DNA of 64,000 bases from Candidatus Nomurabacteria bacterium (GCA_037130925.1 JBAXSC010000001.1:90896-154895), one strand, 5' to 3'; counted from the stretch's first letter, positions 29,452 through 39,922 are shown. The notes: generated by a model not told the origin, from the sequence alone. Translations and numbers: made by a program.

Positions 29452-30327
29452 ATGAAAAAAATAAATACTTCTAATGTTTCAAAAAGTAATTCAAAAATTA
29501 AAATAGTAATATCTATATTAATAATTTTAATAGCTTCTTTTGCTATTTTTTATACTTACAAAAAACCTATTATAAATATTTTTCCAAAGCATGAAGAAAG
29601 TATTTTAAATGCTTCGTCTTCTATTTCTTTTAATGAGAGTAACGACTTTTATACTATTAATGCTAATTATCCAAATGATCCGATTGATAAAAATGGAGTA
29701 ATTAAAACAACTGTTGAATATTGGATTAATCAAGATAAACAAGATTGGAAAATAGGTGGTGATACATACAATAGTGAAATAGAATTGAGAAAAAAGTATC
29801 CAGATATGTCAAAGCCTGCATATGAATTAGATATTAATTACACAAAAGAAATTTCTGAAAAATTCCAGACAGTGACATATACAATAGAGAAATATGAATT
29901 CACTGGTGGGGCACATGGTAACACTATTATAGCTACATTTACTTTTGATAAAAATGGACAAATAACTACAGATGATCTTTTTGATTTTAAACCAGAACAA
30001 AATAAATCAGATATTGATTTGGTTAAAATTTTAAGTAGTAAATTAGAAAAATCTTTAGGAGAAGATCTTGATAAAGATATGCTCTCACAAGGCTTAGGAT
30101 TGGCTTATTATAAAGCTGACGGATCATTTGATAAGAAAGCTTGCTCTTGCGACGGATTTTTACCAGCTTCTAATTTTCAAAACTTTTCTATTTTAGATGA
30201 GGGAATTAAATTTAAAATGAATCAATATTCTGTAGCTCCATATGTAGATGGTATGCCAGAAGCTATAATTCCTTGGTTAGAATTAAAACCTTTCTTATCT
30301 AAATATTTCTTAAATAAGTTAAAATAA
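29452..30327 (+). CDS. DUF3298/DUF4163-type membrane-anchored protein (RsiV/PdaC C-terminal-like)
   Basis: 291-aa ORF with an N-terminal TM anchor and the characteristic YEFTGGAHGN motif. Confidence 0.6.
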   Translation: MKKINTSNVSKSNSKIKIVISILIILIASFAIFYTYKKPIINIFPKHEESILNASSSISFNESNDFYTINANYPNDPIDKNGVIKTTVEYWINQDKQDWKIGGDTYNSEIELRKKYPDMSKPAYELDINYTKEISEKFQTVTYTIEKYEFTGGAHGNTIIATFTFDKNGQITTDDLFDFKPEQNKSDIDLVKILSSKLEKSLGEDLDKDMLSQGLGLAYYKADGSFDKKACSCDGFLPASNFQNFSILDEGIKFKMNQYSVAPYVDGMPEAIIPWLELKPFLSKYFLNKLK

Positions 30328-32118
30328 TTATTTTAATTGAGCTTCGACTAGATTTCTATATTCTGGAGAAGTTTTAATCAACTCTTCATGTTTTCCTTTT
30401 GCGAGGATTTTTCCATGACTCATCATAAATATCTCGTCTACATCACGCACTGTTGATAGGCGGTGGGCGATTATTATTGTTGTTCTGCCTACTGACGCTT
30501 CATCAATTGCTTCTTTGATAAATTCTTCATTTTCTGCATCGAGAGAAGATGTGGCTTCATCAAAAATCAATATAGAAGGATCTTTTATTAATGCTCTCGC
30601 AATACCGACTCTTTGTCTTTCTCCTCCAGATAATTTTATTCCTCTTTCTCCAATCATTGTCTCAAATCTCTTATCTCCAAGTCTATGATAGAATTGATCT
30701 ATTCTAGCTTTTTTGGCTACTTTTTCTAAAACATTATTTATTTCTTCTTCAGAAATATTTTTTTCATGCTTCGTTCTGATGTGATTTTTATATTTTAATC
30801 TATTTAAATCTTTAACACCAAATAAAATATTATTTTTAATAGTATCATCAAAAAGATCGACTTGTTGTTCTACATATCCGACATGCTCTCTCAAATTATT
30901 TGTACTCATATCTTTTAAATCTACTCCTCCGATTTTTATTTCTCCATTTTTATAATCATAAGCACGAAGTAAAAGTTGGGTGATAGTTGTTTTTCCACTA
31001 CCAGAATATCCGACAAAGGCAACTCTTGTTCCTTCTTTAATTATAAAATTCAAATTTTCTAATACATTCTTTTCTCCTTTTGGGTATTTGAAATCAATAT
31101 TTTTAAATTCAATATCTCCTTGAACGAATTTATTTTTTCCTTCTTCTTCAAATTCTGGCTTCATATCTATAACATCAAGATATTTTTCTAGGTAAATAAA
31201 ATTAGTAGGTATCATTCTTAGTATTTGATTTATACTACCAAGCTGGCCATAAACAGTACTGGTCCATGTAAAGATTGCATATACTATACCAATAGTTATT
31301 TTTCCTTGTGAGAACGAATATATTGCCATACATAGAGATAAATATTTACTTATATCTATTAAAGCTTCTCTTGTAATCCAGAATTTAGAGTTCAATAACC
31401 AAATCCATACATGATATTTAACCATTTCTGCTCTATCTTTTATGTATTTAAGTGTGTAAACATTTTCCATGCTAGAAAGTTTTATTAGTCTTAAATGTTC
31501 AAAAGCTTCCACTCTAACTTTTCTTTGCTGATCCCAGTTATCTATATTTTTTCTCATTAGAGGTCTAAAATATTTTGTAAATTTTATTGTTGCAAATATT
31601 ATGATAAATATAAATACAATACTGTATATACCAATAGTTTTAGAGTAATAGCTTATAGCTATTACAGAAAAAATAAAAGTTAAAACTATTGGTAAAATAG
31701 ACAATAATAATGTTTCTATAATATTTATTAGAGAGTCTTCACCTCTATCAATTATTTGTTGTTTTATTGCAGAGTGATCTTCTGCATATTGAGAAGCATT
31801 TAATTTTAGAATTTTATTTAAAGAATATTCTTGTATATATGTTCTCATTGTACCCATTGAATATTTAATCTCTTGTCTTCCTTCTATAGCATTTGAAACG
31901 TTTCTTATAATCATTAAAATCAAATATGATAGTAAAAAGTATATAAGTAAATTCCAGTTTTTATTTATTGTAGCGTCAATTATTTTAGAAATATTAAGCG
32001 TCAATACTGTAGCTACACCTTGTGTGATTAAGATTAATAAAAGTTGTATATAGAAGTATCTATGAAAAGGTTTTAGCAGTTTCCATAAACGCCAGGTTGT
32101 TTGAAAGTATTTTTTCAT
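30328..32118 (-). CDS. ABC exporter, fused permease/ATPase (MsbA-like)
   Basis: 596-aa ORF with a 6-TM N-domain, Walker A GYSGSGKTT, signature LSGGERQRV and Walker B ILIFDEATS. Confidence 0.9.
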   Translation of the reverse strand: MKKYFQTTWRLWKLLKPFHRYFYIQLLLILITQGVATVLTLNISKIIDATINKNWNLLIYFLLSYLILMIIRNVSNAIEGRQEIKYSMGTMRTYIQEYSLNKILKLNASQYAEDHSAIKQQIIDRGEDSLINIIETLLLSILPIVLTFIFSVIAISYYSKTIGIYSIVFIFIIIFATIKFTKYFRPLMRKNIDNWDQQRKVRVEAFEHLRLIKLSSMENVYTLKYIKDRAEMVKYHVWIWLLNSKFWITREALIDISKYLSLCMAIYSFSQGKITIGIVYAIFTWTSTVYGQLGSINQILRMIPTNFIYLEKYLDVIDMKPEFEEEGKNKFVQGDIEFKNIDFKYPKGEKNVLENLNFIIKEGTRVAFVGYSGSGKTTITQLLLRAYDYKNGEIKIGGVDLKDMSTNNLREHVGYVEQQVDLFDDTIKNNILFGVKDLNRLKYKNHIRTKHEKNISEEEINNVLEKVAKKARIDQFYHRLGDKRFETMIGERGIKLSGGERQRVGIARALIKDPSILIFDEATSSLDAENEEFIKEAIDEASVGRTTIIIAHRLSTVRDVDEIFMMSHGKILAKGKHEELIKTSPEYRNLVEAQLK

Positions 32119-32120
32119 TA

Positions 32121-33071
32121 TTATTTTGTATTTAATGTTTTATAAATATCTTCTAGAGCTTTTACAGCTTCTCCTGAGGCGATATTATTTTGATGATATA
32201 GAATATTTGTACAATCTCCAGCAGCCCAAATTAAATTATCTTTTGAAGCACGACATGTCCAAGGATCTATTTTTATTTTTCCTATTTCGTCTAATTCTAC
32301 GACATTTTTTGCCCAATCTGTAGCAGGGATTTGTCCTATTTCCATAAAAATACCATTCACATCAATTTTAATTTCTTCTCCTTTAGAATTTGTATAAGAT
32401 AAAGCATTTACAAATTTATCTCCAAAAACTTCTTTTGGTGTAGCTCCGATAATTAATTTAAATTTAGGATTTTCTTTTAATTTTTCTACAGTTATAGAAT
32501 CTGCTCTTGGCTGGCTACGAGAAAGTAATGTGACAGATTTACAATATGACAAAAGTTGTGCTGCTGATTCGAATCCAGCATTTCCTCCACCAATTACAAC
32601 TACATCCATATCAGAATATAATGGTCCATCACAAGTCGCACAATAGGTGAGTCCTTTGTGTTCAAATTCTGATGCGCCAGGAACATTCAATTTTCGTCTT
32701 GATGATCCTGTTGTGATAAGTAGAGATTTGCCTGTGATTTTTTCTCCATTTTCAAGAGTGATAACTATTTCATCTTTTATATTTGGAGCTTTTATAATTT
32801 CTGTACTTACTGCATTAAATCCTGTTTTTATTTCTAGAAATTCTCCAGCGTATTCTTCGACATGTTTTTTAAGATTATTTGCTAGATCTGCTCCTGAAAT
32901 ATGAGGAGTGCCGATCCAGTTTTGTATATCTTCACTAACCACTGATTGACCACCCCATTCTTTTAAAATTAGGATAGATTTTAATCTTTTTCTGGCAGCA
33001 TAAATAGCGCTACTGGCTCCAGCAGGTCCTCCACCAACAATTATTAAGTCAAAAATATCACCTTGATTCAT
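32121..33071 (-). CDS. trxB: thioredoxin-disulfide reductase
   Basis: 316-aa ORF with FAD motif IIVGGGPAGASSA, redox centre CATCDG and an NADPH GGGNAG motif. Confidence 0.9.
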   Translation of the reverse strand: MNQGDIFDLIIVGGGPAGASSAIYAARKRLKSILILKEWGGQSVVSEDIQNWIGTPHISGADLANNLKKHVEEYAGEFLEIKTGFNAVSTEIIKAPNIKDEIVITLENGEKITGKSLLITTGSSRRKLNVPGASEFEHKGLTYCATCDGPLYSDMDVVVIGGGNAGFESAAQLLSYCKSVTLLSRSQPRADSITVEKLKENPKFKLIIGATPKEVFGDKFVNALSYTNSKGEEIKIDVNGIFMEIGQIPATDWAKNVVELDEIGKIKIDPWTCRASKDNLIWAAGDCTNILYHQNNIASGEAVKALEDIYKTLNTK

Positions 33072-33149
33072 AAAATTATCTTTTAAAATTATGCTATGAT
33101 TATAACATATGTCATCTTTTATTAAATAATATTAAAATTAAATATATTT

Positions 33150-33764
33150 ATGCCAGAAGGAATGGAAAATCTAAAACAAAAACAAGAAATTGAAAATAAG
33201 AAAGAAGCTGAATATTTAAAGGTTCAGGAATTAAAAAATAATCCTGAAGAAATGAAGAGAGAAGATGAAAAATATTTAGTAAAAAAACCAGAAAAGAAAA
33301 AAGGGCAAACAAAAAGAAATATTGCCGGATTTATTCCTTTTATAGGATCTGGTATGGATATAAAAGAAGCTATTAAAGGTAAAGAGTCTATTACTGGTAA
33401 AAATTTAACAAAAAAAGAGAGAATCGTTAAAGGTATTTTTGGTGTTGGAGGTATAGCTTTAGATGTTGCGACATTTGGTGCTGATAGACTCGTTGTCGGT
33501 GCTGGTGAAAGAGTTGCTGAAGTTGGTGTAGAAAAAGTTGCACAATCTGAAGCTGAAAATACAGCAAAAAAAGAAGCATGTAGCTTGATAGAAAATCAAA
33601 GTAAAAATGCTAATTTGAATAAGAAAAATTTTGATAATAAAAATAAGTCAGTATTTAGTAAATTAAATATTAAAAATTGGATAGAAAAAAAGAAAAGTCT
33701 AAATAAGAATAGGGAAATGTTTAAAAATATATGGCCTGGTGATGATAAAGAAAATAAAAAATAG
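33150..33764 (+). CDS. hypothetical protein with pre-toxin-TG-like (PT-TG) segment
   Basis: 204-aa ORF. FIPFIGSGMDIKEAIKGKESITGKNLTKKERIVKG resembles the PT-TG module of polymorphic toxins. That call is from memory of the family, not a search. Confidence 0.4.
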   Translation: MPEGMENLKQKQEIENKKEAEYLKVQELKNNPEEMKREDEKYLVKKPEKKKGQTKRNIAGFIPFIGSGMDIKEAIKGKESITGKNLTKKERIVKGIFGVGGIALDVATFGADRLVVGAGERVAEVGVEKVAQSEAENTAKKEACSLIENQSKNANLNKKNFDNKNKSVFSKLNIKNWIEKKKSLNKNREMFKNIWPGDDKENKK

Positions 33765-33774
33765 GAATAAAATA

Positions 33775-33802
33775 AAAATCAGAGAAATTTCTCTGATTTT
33801 TA
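33775..33802. terminator. bidirectional intrinsic terminator
   Basis: aaaaatcagagaaa-tt-tctctgattttt. Confidence 0.7.
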
Positions 33803-33804
33803 TT

Positions 33805-35199
33805 TTATTTCTTTTTTCTTAAAAATGGAGGGAGCATGTTCCAGTCCTCATCCTCTTCATCTTCCAAAAAGATATTTTTATTTTCTTTTGGTTTATTTAT
33901 GCTTGTACTTGCTGCTTCTTTTTCTTGTTTTAAAACATTTTTTAAATCTAGTAAATTATCTTCTTCTATTTCGTTATTTATTTCTGTAGGTTTTGTTTTA
34001 ATTTTTTCTTCTTCTTCAGCAATAGGTTTTTTTTCTTTATTGTGAGCTTCCATTATTGAAGTTAAAGTTTCTTTTAAATTGGCATTACTGATTTCTTTTT
34101 CTTCTCTACTTAGTTTTTTTTTATCCTCTATTTTACTAAAGAATTTTCTTTCCTCTTCCATTTCTTCAAATCTTTTTATTTCAGGATTTGGAGTCATGCT
34201 GAATATTGATTCATTGATTGTTTTGTTGTGAGGGCCTTTAAAACTGGAAGGAAATTTAGTTGCTATTACCACTATCTTTATCTCATCTTTCTTTAGAGTC
34301 TCGCTATTTACTATACCGAAGATAATTGTGGCATCTTTATCGACTGATTCTGTGATGATTTTTGCAGCTTCAGAAACTTCAAACATTGAGAGATTGTCAT
34401 TGCCGTATATTGCATAGAGAAGTCCTTTTGCTCCATGAATAGAAACATCAAGAAGAGGTGAAGAGATGGCTGCTTTTGCGGCTTCAATGGCTCTATTTTC
34501 GCCACTACCACTACCAATACCGATAAGAGCAGTACCAGAATCTTTAAGAACTCTTTTAATATCAGCAAAGTCTAGATTAATAGTACCAGCTGTTTTGATA
34601 ATATCGGCAATGCCGTCAACAGCTTGTTTTAGTACTTCATCAACCATTTTGAAAGCGTCTCTGACAGACATATTTTTGTCTATTACAGAAAGTAGGCGGT
34701 CATTTGGTACAACAATAAGAGCGTCAACTTCTTTTTCTAATTCCATTATTCCGGCTTCGGCAATACTTGTTCTTTTTTGTCCTTCAAAAAAGAAAGGCTT
34801 TGTCACAATAGCAACAGTAAGTATTCCTTCTTCTTTTGCTGCTTTAGCAATAACGGGGGCCGCACCAGTTGCTGTTCCTCCTCCCATTCCACAGGCGATG
34901 AAAATTATATCAGCACCTTTTACTACATCTTGGATTTCTTCTTTTGTTTCTTCCGCACTTCTTCTCCCTATTTCAGGATCCATTCCAGCTCCAAGTCCTT
35001 TAGTTAAGTTTTTTCCTAAGTGAATTTTTTTACTTGCAAGACAGTTGTGTAAATCTTGAGTGTCAGTATTCATTGCTATGAAATCTATACCTTTTAAGTT
35101 TGAACTTATCATGTGATTAATAGCTCCTTTTCCAGATCCGCCAACACCGATGACTTTGATTCTAGCAAAACTTTGAATTTCAGGTAATGTTTTTGACAT
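33805..35199 (-). CDS. ftsZ: cell division protein FtsZ
   Basis: ORF 33805..35259 trimmed to the ATG at 35199 (MSKTLPEI). It has tubulin motifs GVGGSGKGAINHM and GMGGGTATGAAPVIA and a long E/K-rich tail. Confidence 0.95.
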   Translation of the reverse strand: MSKTLPEIQSFARIKVIGVGGSGKGAINHMISSNLKGIDFIAMNTDTQDLHNCLASKKIHLGKNLTKGLGAGMDPEIGRRSAEETKEEIQDVVKGADIIFIACGMGGGTATGAAPVIAKAAKEEGILTVAIVTKPFFFEGQKRTSIAEAGIMELEKEVDALIVVPNDRLLSVIDKNMSVRDAFKMVDEVLKQAVDGIADIIKTAGTINLDFADIKRVLKDSGTALIGIGSGSGENRAIEAAKAAISSPLLDVSIHGAKGLLYAIYGNDNLSMFEVSEAAKIITESVDKDATIIFGIVNSETLKKDEIKIVVIATKFPSSFKGPHNKTINESIFSMTPNPEIKRFEEMEEERKFFSKIEDKKKLSREEKEISNANLKETLTSIMEAHNKEKKPIAEEEEKIKTKPTEINNEIEEDNLLDLKNVLKQEKEAASTSINKPKENKNIFLEDEEDEDWNMLPPFLRKKK

Positions 35200-35319
35200 G
35201 TTTTTCGTATAGATTTTATATAATTTCTGAGTTCTTTCTATGTGAAAAAAGTATAACATTCAAGAAAAAAAAATGCAAAGCATTGCATTTTTTTTGGTTT
35301 ATGTCGTAATTATTTAAAA

Positions 35320-36495
35320 CTATGGTAAAAGTTTTTTAAGAAAATCTGATACATTTTTTCCTAATTTTTTAAAAAACTTATTTATTGTATAGTCAGGGGA
35401 TACTGAAGGAGCTAAAAATGTTATACCGTATACTCTTGCATAGCTAGAATCAGAAAGTTGACCTTCAGAAAATTCTTTTATTTCATTATCTGCAAAACGA
35501 ATAGGTAATTTTAAATATTCTTTTAATAAAAATTCTATTTTTCCTAATTTGCTTCCATTTCCTGTTAAAACTATTCCTCCAGGAAGTAATCCTCTTCTAT
35601 TTATTTTATCAAATTCAAGATTTATTTTTTCACAAATGAATTCTATTCTCGCATCTATTATTTCTTCTAATTTTCTTTTTGAGTATGGTATGTCACTTTT
35701 ACCAAGTTTAATTTTATCAGCATCTTCAAGTGATATTTGTAATCCTAATGCTATATCATTTGTAATATCATTACTACCGATTCCAAGTATTGAAGTTAAA
35801 ATAGGATTATCATTTTCATAAACCAAAATACTTGTAGTAGAGTGGCCGATATTTATAAGAGCCGTACCAGCTATTCTTTGTTTTTTGTTTAATAGAGGAA
35901 TCAGTTCCGCAAAAGGTCCCACAACAGTGTCCTCAATAGGAAGATTGATACTACTAAAAATATTTTCTATTTTTTCTATATATAAAACCGGAGCGAATAC
36001 AAATAAAAATTTTCCTTCAAGTCTTTTTCCAAACATTCCTATTGGAAGTCCTTGTATTTCTTGATGATCAAGTTTATATCTTATTGGAATACTGTGTATT
36101 ACTTTTTTATTTTTTATATTTGCAACAGATATTTGAGCTTCTCTGTCGAGTCTTTCTATATCAAGACGTGTTATTTCACTGCTGATGTTTGATCCGACTA
36201 TTGAGGTGTTATTGCTGGCACTATTTATGCCGGCCGCATTTAAAGAAAGCATTATATGGGGTCTTTTTTTTACTATATCTATTTTCAAAGCTGTAATTGC
36301 TTTTGATACGGTATTAGCTAAACCTTTTTCGTCTGTAATATTTCCTTTATATATTCCTTCTGTTGGAATTTCTACTAAATCAACAATTTCTGGAGTAGTA
36401 CTTCTGTTTGAAAAATGATTTACAGCACAGACTCTCGTAGAGTTGCTACCAATATCGATACCGATTATAAGATGAGACTTTTCTCTATTATTCAT
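35320..36495 (-). CDS. ftsA: cell division protein FtsA (actin-like ATPase)
   Basis: 391-aa ORF with phosphate-1 motif IGIDIGSNSTRV. It lies directly upstream of ftsZ. Confidence 0.85.
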   Translation of the reverse strand: MNNREKSHLIIGIDIGSNSTRVCAVNHFSNRSTTPEIVDLVEIPTEGIYKGNITDEKGLANTVSKAITALKIDIVKKRPHIMLSLNAAGINSASNNTSIVGSNISSEITRLDIERLDREAQISVANIKNKKVIHSIPIRYKLDHQEIQGLPIGMFGKRLEGKFLFVFAPVLYIEKIENIFSSINLPIEDTVVGPFAELIPLLNKKQRIAGTALINIGHSTTSILVYENDNPILTSILGIGSNDITNDIALGLQISLEDADKIKLGKSDIPYSKRKLEEIIDARIEFICEKINLEFDKINRRGLLPGGIVLTGNGSKLGKIEFLLKEYLKLPIRFADNEIKEFSEGQLSDSSYARVYGITFLAPSVSPDYTINKFFKKLGKNVSDFLKKLLP

Positions 36496-36499
36496 TCCT

Positions 36500-36901
36500 T
36501 TATTTTAACACAAATTTTTTAGAATATTTCTCTTCTAGCTTTTCCATCTTGTCTCCGTGGTCTAATCCTTTCAGATGAAGACATCCGTGAGCTAATAATA
36601 AAGTAATAAATTCTTTATAAGTCATAGAAAAATTTTTCGCTTCTTTTTTAACAACAGAAAGACAGATGAAAATTTCTCCTTCATTTTTTGATAATGGAAA
36701 AGATAAAATATTTGGAATATAATCTTTTTCTCTGTATTTAATATTTAAATCTTGAGCTATTTTGGGAGTTACGAAATTCACTGACAAAGAATATTTTTCT
36801 TTTAGAATCTCATTTTTGATTTCTTTAATATGCAAAAAAAGAGCTCTTTCAATAAGACCTCCTTTTTTGTTGACTATCAAATTTTTATCTTCTAAAAACA
36901 T
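36500..36901 (-). CDS. ybeY: rRNA maturation endoribonuclease YbeY
   Basis: 133-aa ORF with the zinc motif HGCLHLKGLDH. Confidence 0.85.
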   Translation of the reverse strand: MFLEDKNLIVNKKGGLIERALFLHIKEIKNEILKEKYSLSVNFVTPKIAQDLNIKYREKDYIPNILSFPLSKNEGEIFICLSVVKKEAKNFSMTYKEFITLLLAHGCLHLKGLDHGDKMEKLEEKYSKKFVLK

Positions 36902-36904
36902 TTT

Positions 36905-37150
36905 TTATCTTTTTGATGTTCTTTTAACTAGCTTTCCCATTCTTTTTAGATCTTCAAACTTTGCTCCACTAATTAGTTTTTTAAGTTTTCCTTTTTTGGC
37001 TTTAGATTTTGACTCTTCACGATTGTTGTATCTTTTACTACGTACTTTTGGAAGAATACCACTCTCTTGAACCTTTTTTTGAAATTTATGAAGTAAGACA
37101 AGTGGACTGTCTTTCTCTCTTTTATTTACTTTTATGTTTGTGTTTGCCAT
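36905..37150 (-). CDS. rpsU: 30S ribosomal protein S21
   Basis: 81-aa highly basic ORF with an S21-like core (LLHKFQKKVQESGILPKVRSKRYNNREES). Confidence 0.75.
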   Translation of the reverse strand: MANTNIKVNKREKDSPLVLLHKFQKKVQESGILPKVRSKRYNNREESKSKAKKGKLKKLISGAKFEDLKRMGKLVKRTSKR

Positions 37151-37186
37151 ATGAATTAATATGAATATATTAACATAAAAACTCTT

Positions 37187-38530
37187 TTATTTCAACTTTT
37201 TAAGATGATCAGATAATTTCTCAATTTTTATTATTTCTTGAGAGTGAGTTTTCATGTCACGAACTATCACTGTTCCATCCATTGCTTCTTTTTGGCCAAA
37301 GATAATACAGTATGGACAGCCAACCTTACTGACATTTGCTAATTGTGAAGAAAGAGACTCTTTTGAAATATTTTGATAAACAGGAATTTTATTTTCTCTC
37401 AAAATCTCCATAATCTTTAAAGATTTTAGTTTTGCTTCAAATCCAAGTTGTAAGAAATATATTTTTGGCTTTCTTAAAATTTTTGGATTTAAATCTTTAC
37501 ATTCTTTAAACATCATTATTCTATCTATTCCAATTCCTGCTCCGACAGCTGGAATATCTTTTTTACTTCCGAGTTCACGGCCAAGATAATTATATCTTCC
37601 ACCACCAGTGATTGTGATCTCTGTTTCTTTTCCATTTTCAATTTCTTTACCATTCTCATCTACTTCTTTTTCTATTTTAATTACTTCGAATACAGTATTA
37701 GTATAATAGTCGAGACCTCTCACTAGAGAATTATTTATTCTATAGTCTATATTTGCTTCTTCTAAATATTGAAGGACTTCTTTGAAATGTTGTTTTGAAT
37801 CATTGTTTAGATAATTTAATGATGCGGGAGCGAGTTCTTTATATTTTTGACAGTCTTCATTTTTACAATCTAAAAGTCTTAATGGATTATTTGTAAATCT
37901 TACTTGGCAGTCTCTACACATTTTTGTAATATGCTTTTTATAATAGGAAGTTAATTCTTTTACAAAGACATTTCTATCATTTCTATCTCCCATACTGTTG
38001 ATATCTATAATCAAATCTTCAAAACCATATTCTTTTAGTATAGTCATTAAAGTTTGAATTATAAGAGCATCGGCAATTGATTTTTCTGTTCCTAAAATTT
38101 CAAGATTGAATTGTCTGAATTCACGTAATCTTCCTTTTTGTGGATTATCATGTCTCCAAACTGGTCCATAGCTGTAAAGCATTATAGGTTGAGGCATATT
38201 CATCATCCCATTCTCAATATAGCTACGCATTATACCAGCAGTATATTCTGGTCTCAGTGCTACTTTATCTCCACCTTTAGTTTTGAAGTTGTATATTTCT
38301 TTATCAACAATATCTGTACCTTCTCCGACTCCACGAACAAAGACTTCTTCTTTTTCTAAGGCTGGAGTTTCTATAGGCTTGAATCCGTAATATACAGCGA
38401 TCTCTTGAGCTTTTTCAAACATTCCTTGATATTGATAATATTTATCAGAATAGAGATCATTCATTCCTTTTAAAGACTGTATAGGTTCTTTGTTTTTTAA
38501 AATTTTTGTTGTATTGTCTTTTTTTGCCAT
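37187..38530 (-). CDS. hisS: histidyl-tRNA synthetase
   Basis: 447-aa ORF with class II motifs (LRPEYTAGIMRSY, REFRQFNLEILG, GGGRYN, GIGIDRI). Confidence 0.95.
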   Translation of the reverse strand: MAKKDNTTKILKNKEPIQSLKGMNDLYSDKYYQYQGMFEKAQEIAVYYGFKPIETPALEKEEVFVRGVGEGTDIVDKEIYNFKTKGGDKVALRPEYTAGIMRSYIENGMMNMPQPIMLYSYGPVWRHDNPQKGRLREFRQFNLEILGTEKSIADALIIQTLMTILKEYGFEDLIIDINSMGDRNDRNVFVKELTSYYKKHITKMCRDCQVRFTNNPLRLLDCKNEDCQKYKELAPASLNYLNNDSKQHFKEVLQYLEEANIDYRINNSLVRGLDYYTNTVFEVIKIEKEVDENGKEIENGKETEITITGGGRYNYLGRELGSKKDIPAVGAGIGIDRIMMFKECKDLNPKILRKPKIYFLQLGFEAKLKSLKIMEILRENKIPVYQNISKESLSSQLANVSKVGCPYCIIFGQKEAMDGTVIVRDMKTHSQEIIKIEKLSDHLKKLK

Positions 38531-38547
38531 ATTGTTTGAATCTCTGA

Positions 38548-39333
38548 TTAATTAATTTTAGTAAAATTTATTTTTACTTGACCTGGGTCGGTCTGTATCT
38601 CACTAAAAGGATAAAGTCTGAACACTGCTTTTCCTGCTATATCTTTTTTATAAATAATACCCCAACTTCTCGAATCATAACTCTCAGCACGATTGTCTCC
38701 GAAAGCTAAATATTCATCTTCTCCGAGAGTGATATCCATATTTTTCATCACGTCTGGATATTTGATAAAGCTCTCGTCTAAGACTTCTCCATGAGGATTT
38801 TCTTTATTATAAATAGTTGTGATACCAGTCTGTACAGTGACTCTGTCTCCTGGAACACCGATAAGTCTTTTAATAAAGAATTCGCCATTATATTGATCAT
38901 TTTTAACATGTCTAAATACTATGACGTCACCACATTTTAAATTGTTTATATCGTATCCTAATCTATCTATAAGTAATAATTCTCCAGTTTGAAGAGTTGG
39001 GAGCATTGATCCGCCATCAACAAAGAAAGGCTGTATAACAAAAGCTTGAACACTTTTTATTATTACTAAAATAGTTACTATTAAAAGTAAAAGCTTTCCT
39101 GGAGATTCTTCTTTTTCTAAAACTTTCCAAGAAATTAATTTTCTTTTAACATTTTTAGAAAAGATTGCTAAAAATAGAGAGATTAAGAAAAATAAAATAA
39201 TGATAGAAAGTAATAAACTATAAGGATTACTAATAGAGTCGCTAATAAAATTATTTACAATATCACCAATATTATTTGTCATAATTATTGTCAAAATTAT
39301 AGCATAGCTAGCGACTTTTGAGCAAATTTTCAT
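38548..39333 (-). CDS. lepB: signal peptidase I
   Basis: 261-aa ORF with catalytic Ser box DGGSMLPTL, a Lys box (FIKRLIGVPGD) and GDNRAESYDSRSWG. Confidence 0.9.
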   Translation of the reverse strand: MKICSKVASYAIILTIIMTNNIGDIVNNFISDSISNPYSLLLSIIILFFLISLFLAIFSKNVKRKLISWKVLEKEESPGKLLLLIVTILVIIKSVQAFVIQPFFVDGGSMLPTLQTGELLLIDRLGYDINNLKCGDVIVFRHVKNDQYNGEFFIKRLIGVPGDRVTVQTGITTIYNKENPHGEVLDESFIKYPDVMKNMDITLGEDEYLAFGDNRAESYDSRSWGIIYKKDIAGKAVFRLYPFSEIQTDPGQVKINFTKIN

Positions 39334-39371
39334 ATAGATTTTTGTCGTGATATAATTTAATAAAATATCTT

Positions 39372-39893
39372 ATGAATTTCTTACTTTTTCCGCTTGGAAA
39401 TTTTGGTGCAAAATATGAGGAAACTAGACATAATGCTGGTAGATTTGTATTGTCAGAATTACAAAAGAAAAGTCTTTTGGATGAATTTTCTAATTTAGAG
39501 ATTTATATTCCAAAGTGCTACATGAACGAATCAGGTGAATATTTAAAGGATTATCTTAGAAATAAAAATATCGAAAAAGAAAATATTATAGTCATGTATG
39601 ATGACAAAGATCTAGAAATAGGCGAAGTGAGACTTGTCAGAGATAGGGGAGATGGTGGACATAATGGTCTCAAAAATATAATTGAAAATATAAATACAAA
39701 AGATTTTTATAGAATCAGAATTGGCATTGCTCCAATTGGTACCGGTAAAAATAATCTTGTTCCGCCACACGGAGACATTGTCAGAGAATATGTTTTACAA
39801 AAAATGAGTGATGAAGAAAAAGAAATTCTTTCTTCAAAAGAAATTTTAGAAAAAGTTTCAAATTTTATTTTTAAAATTTTAAATGAAAAATAA
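39372..39893 (+). CDS. pth: peptidyl-tRNA hydrolase
   Basis: 173-aa ORF with GNFGAKYEETRHNAGRFVL and GDGGHNGLKNI motifs. Confidence 0.9.
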   Translation: MNFLLFPLGNFGAKYEETRHNAGRFVLSELQKKSLLDEFSNLEIYIPKCYMNESGEYLKDYLRNKNIEKENIIVMYDDKDLEIGEVRLVRDRGDGGHNGLKNIIENINTKDFYRIRIGIAPIGTGKNNLVPPHGDIVREYVLQKMSDEEKEILSSKEILEKVSNFIFKILNEK

Positions 39894-39922
39894 AAAAGCC
39901 ACAAATTAATATGGCTTTTTTG
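39892..39922. repeat. left direct repeat / terminator hairpin flanking the RT module
   Basis: aaaaaagccAcaaattaatATgGcttttttg. It matches 41638..41668 at 25 of 30 positions and includes a compensatory A-T to G-C change in the stem. Confidence 0.7.
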
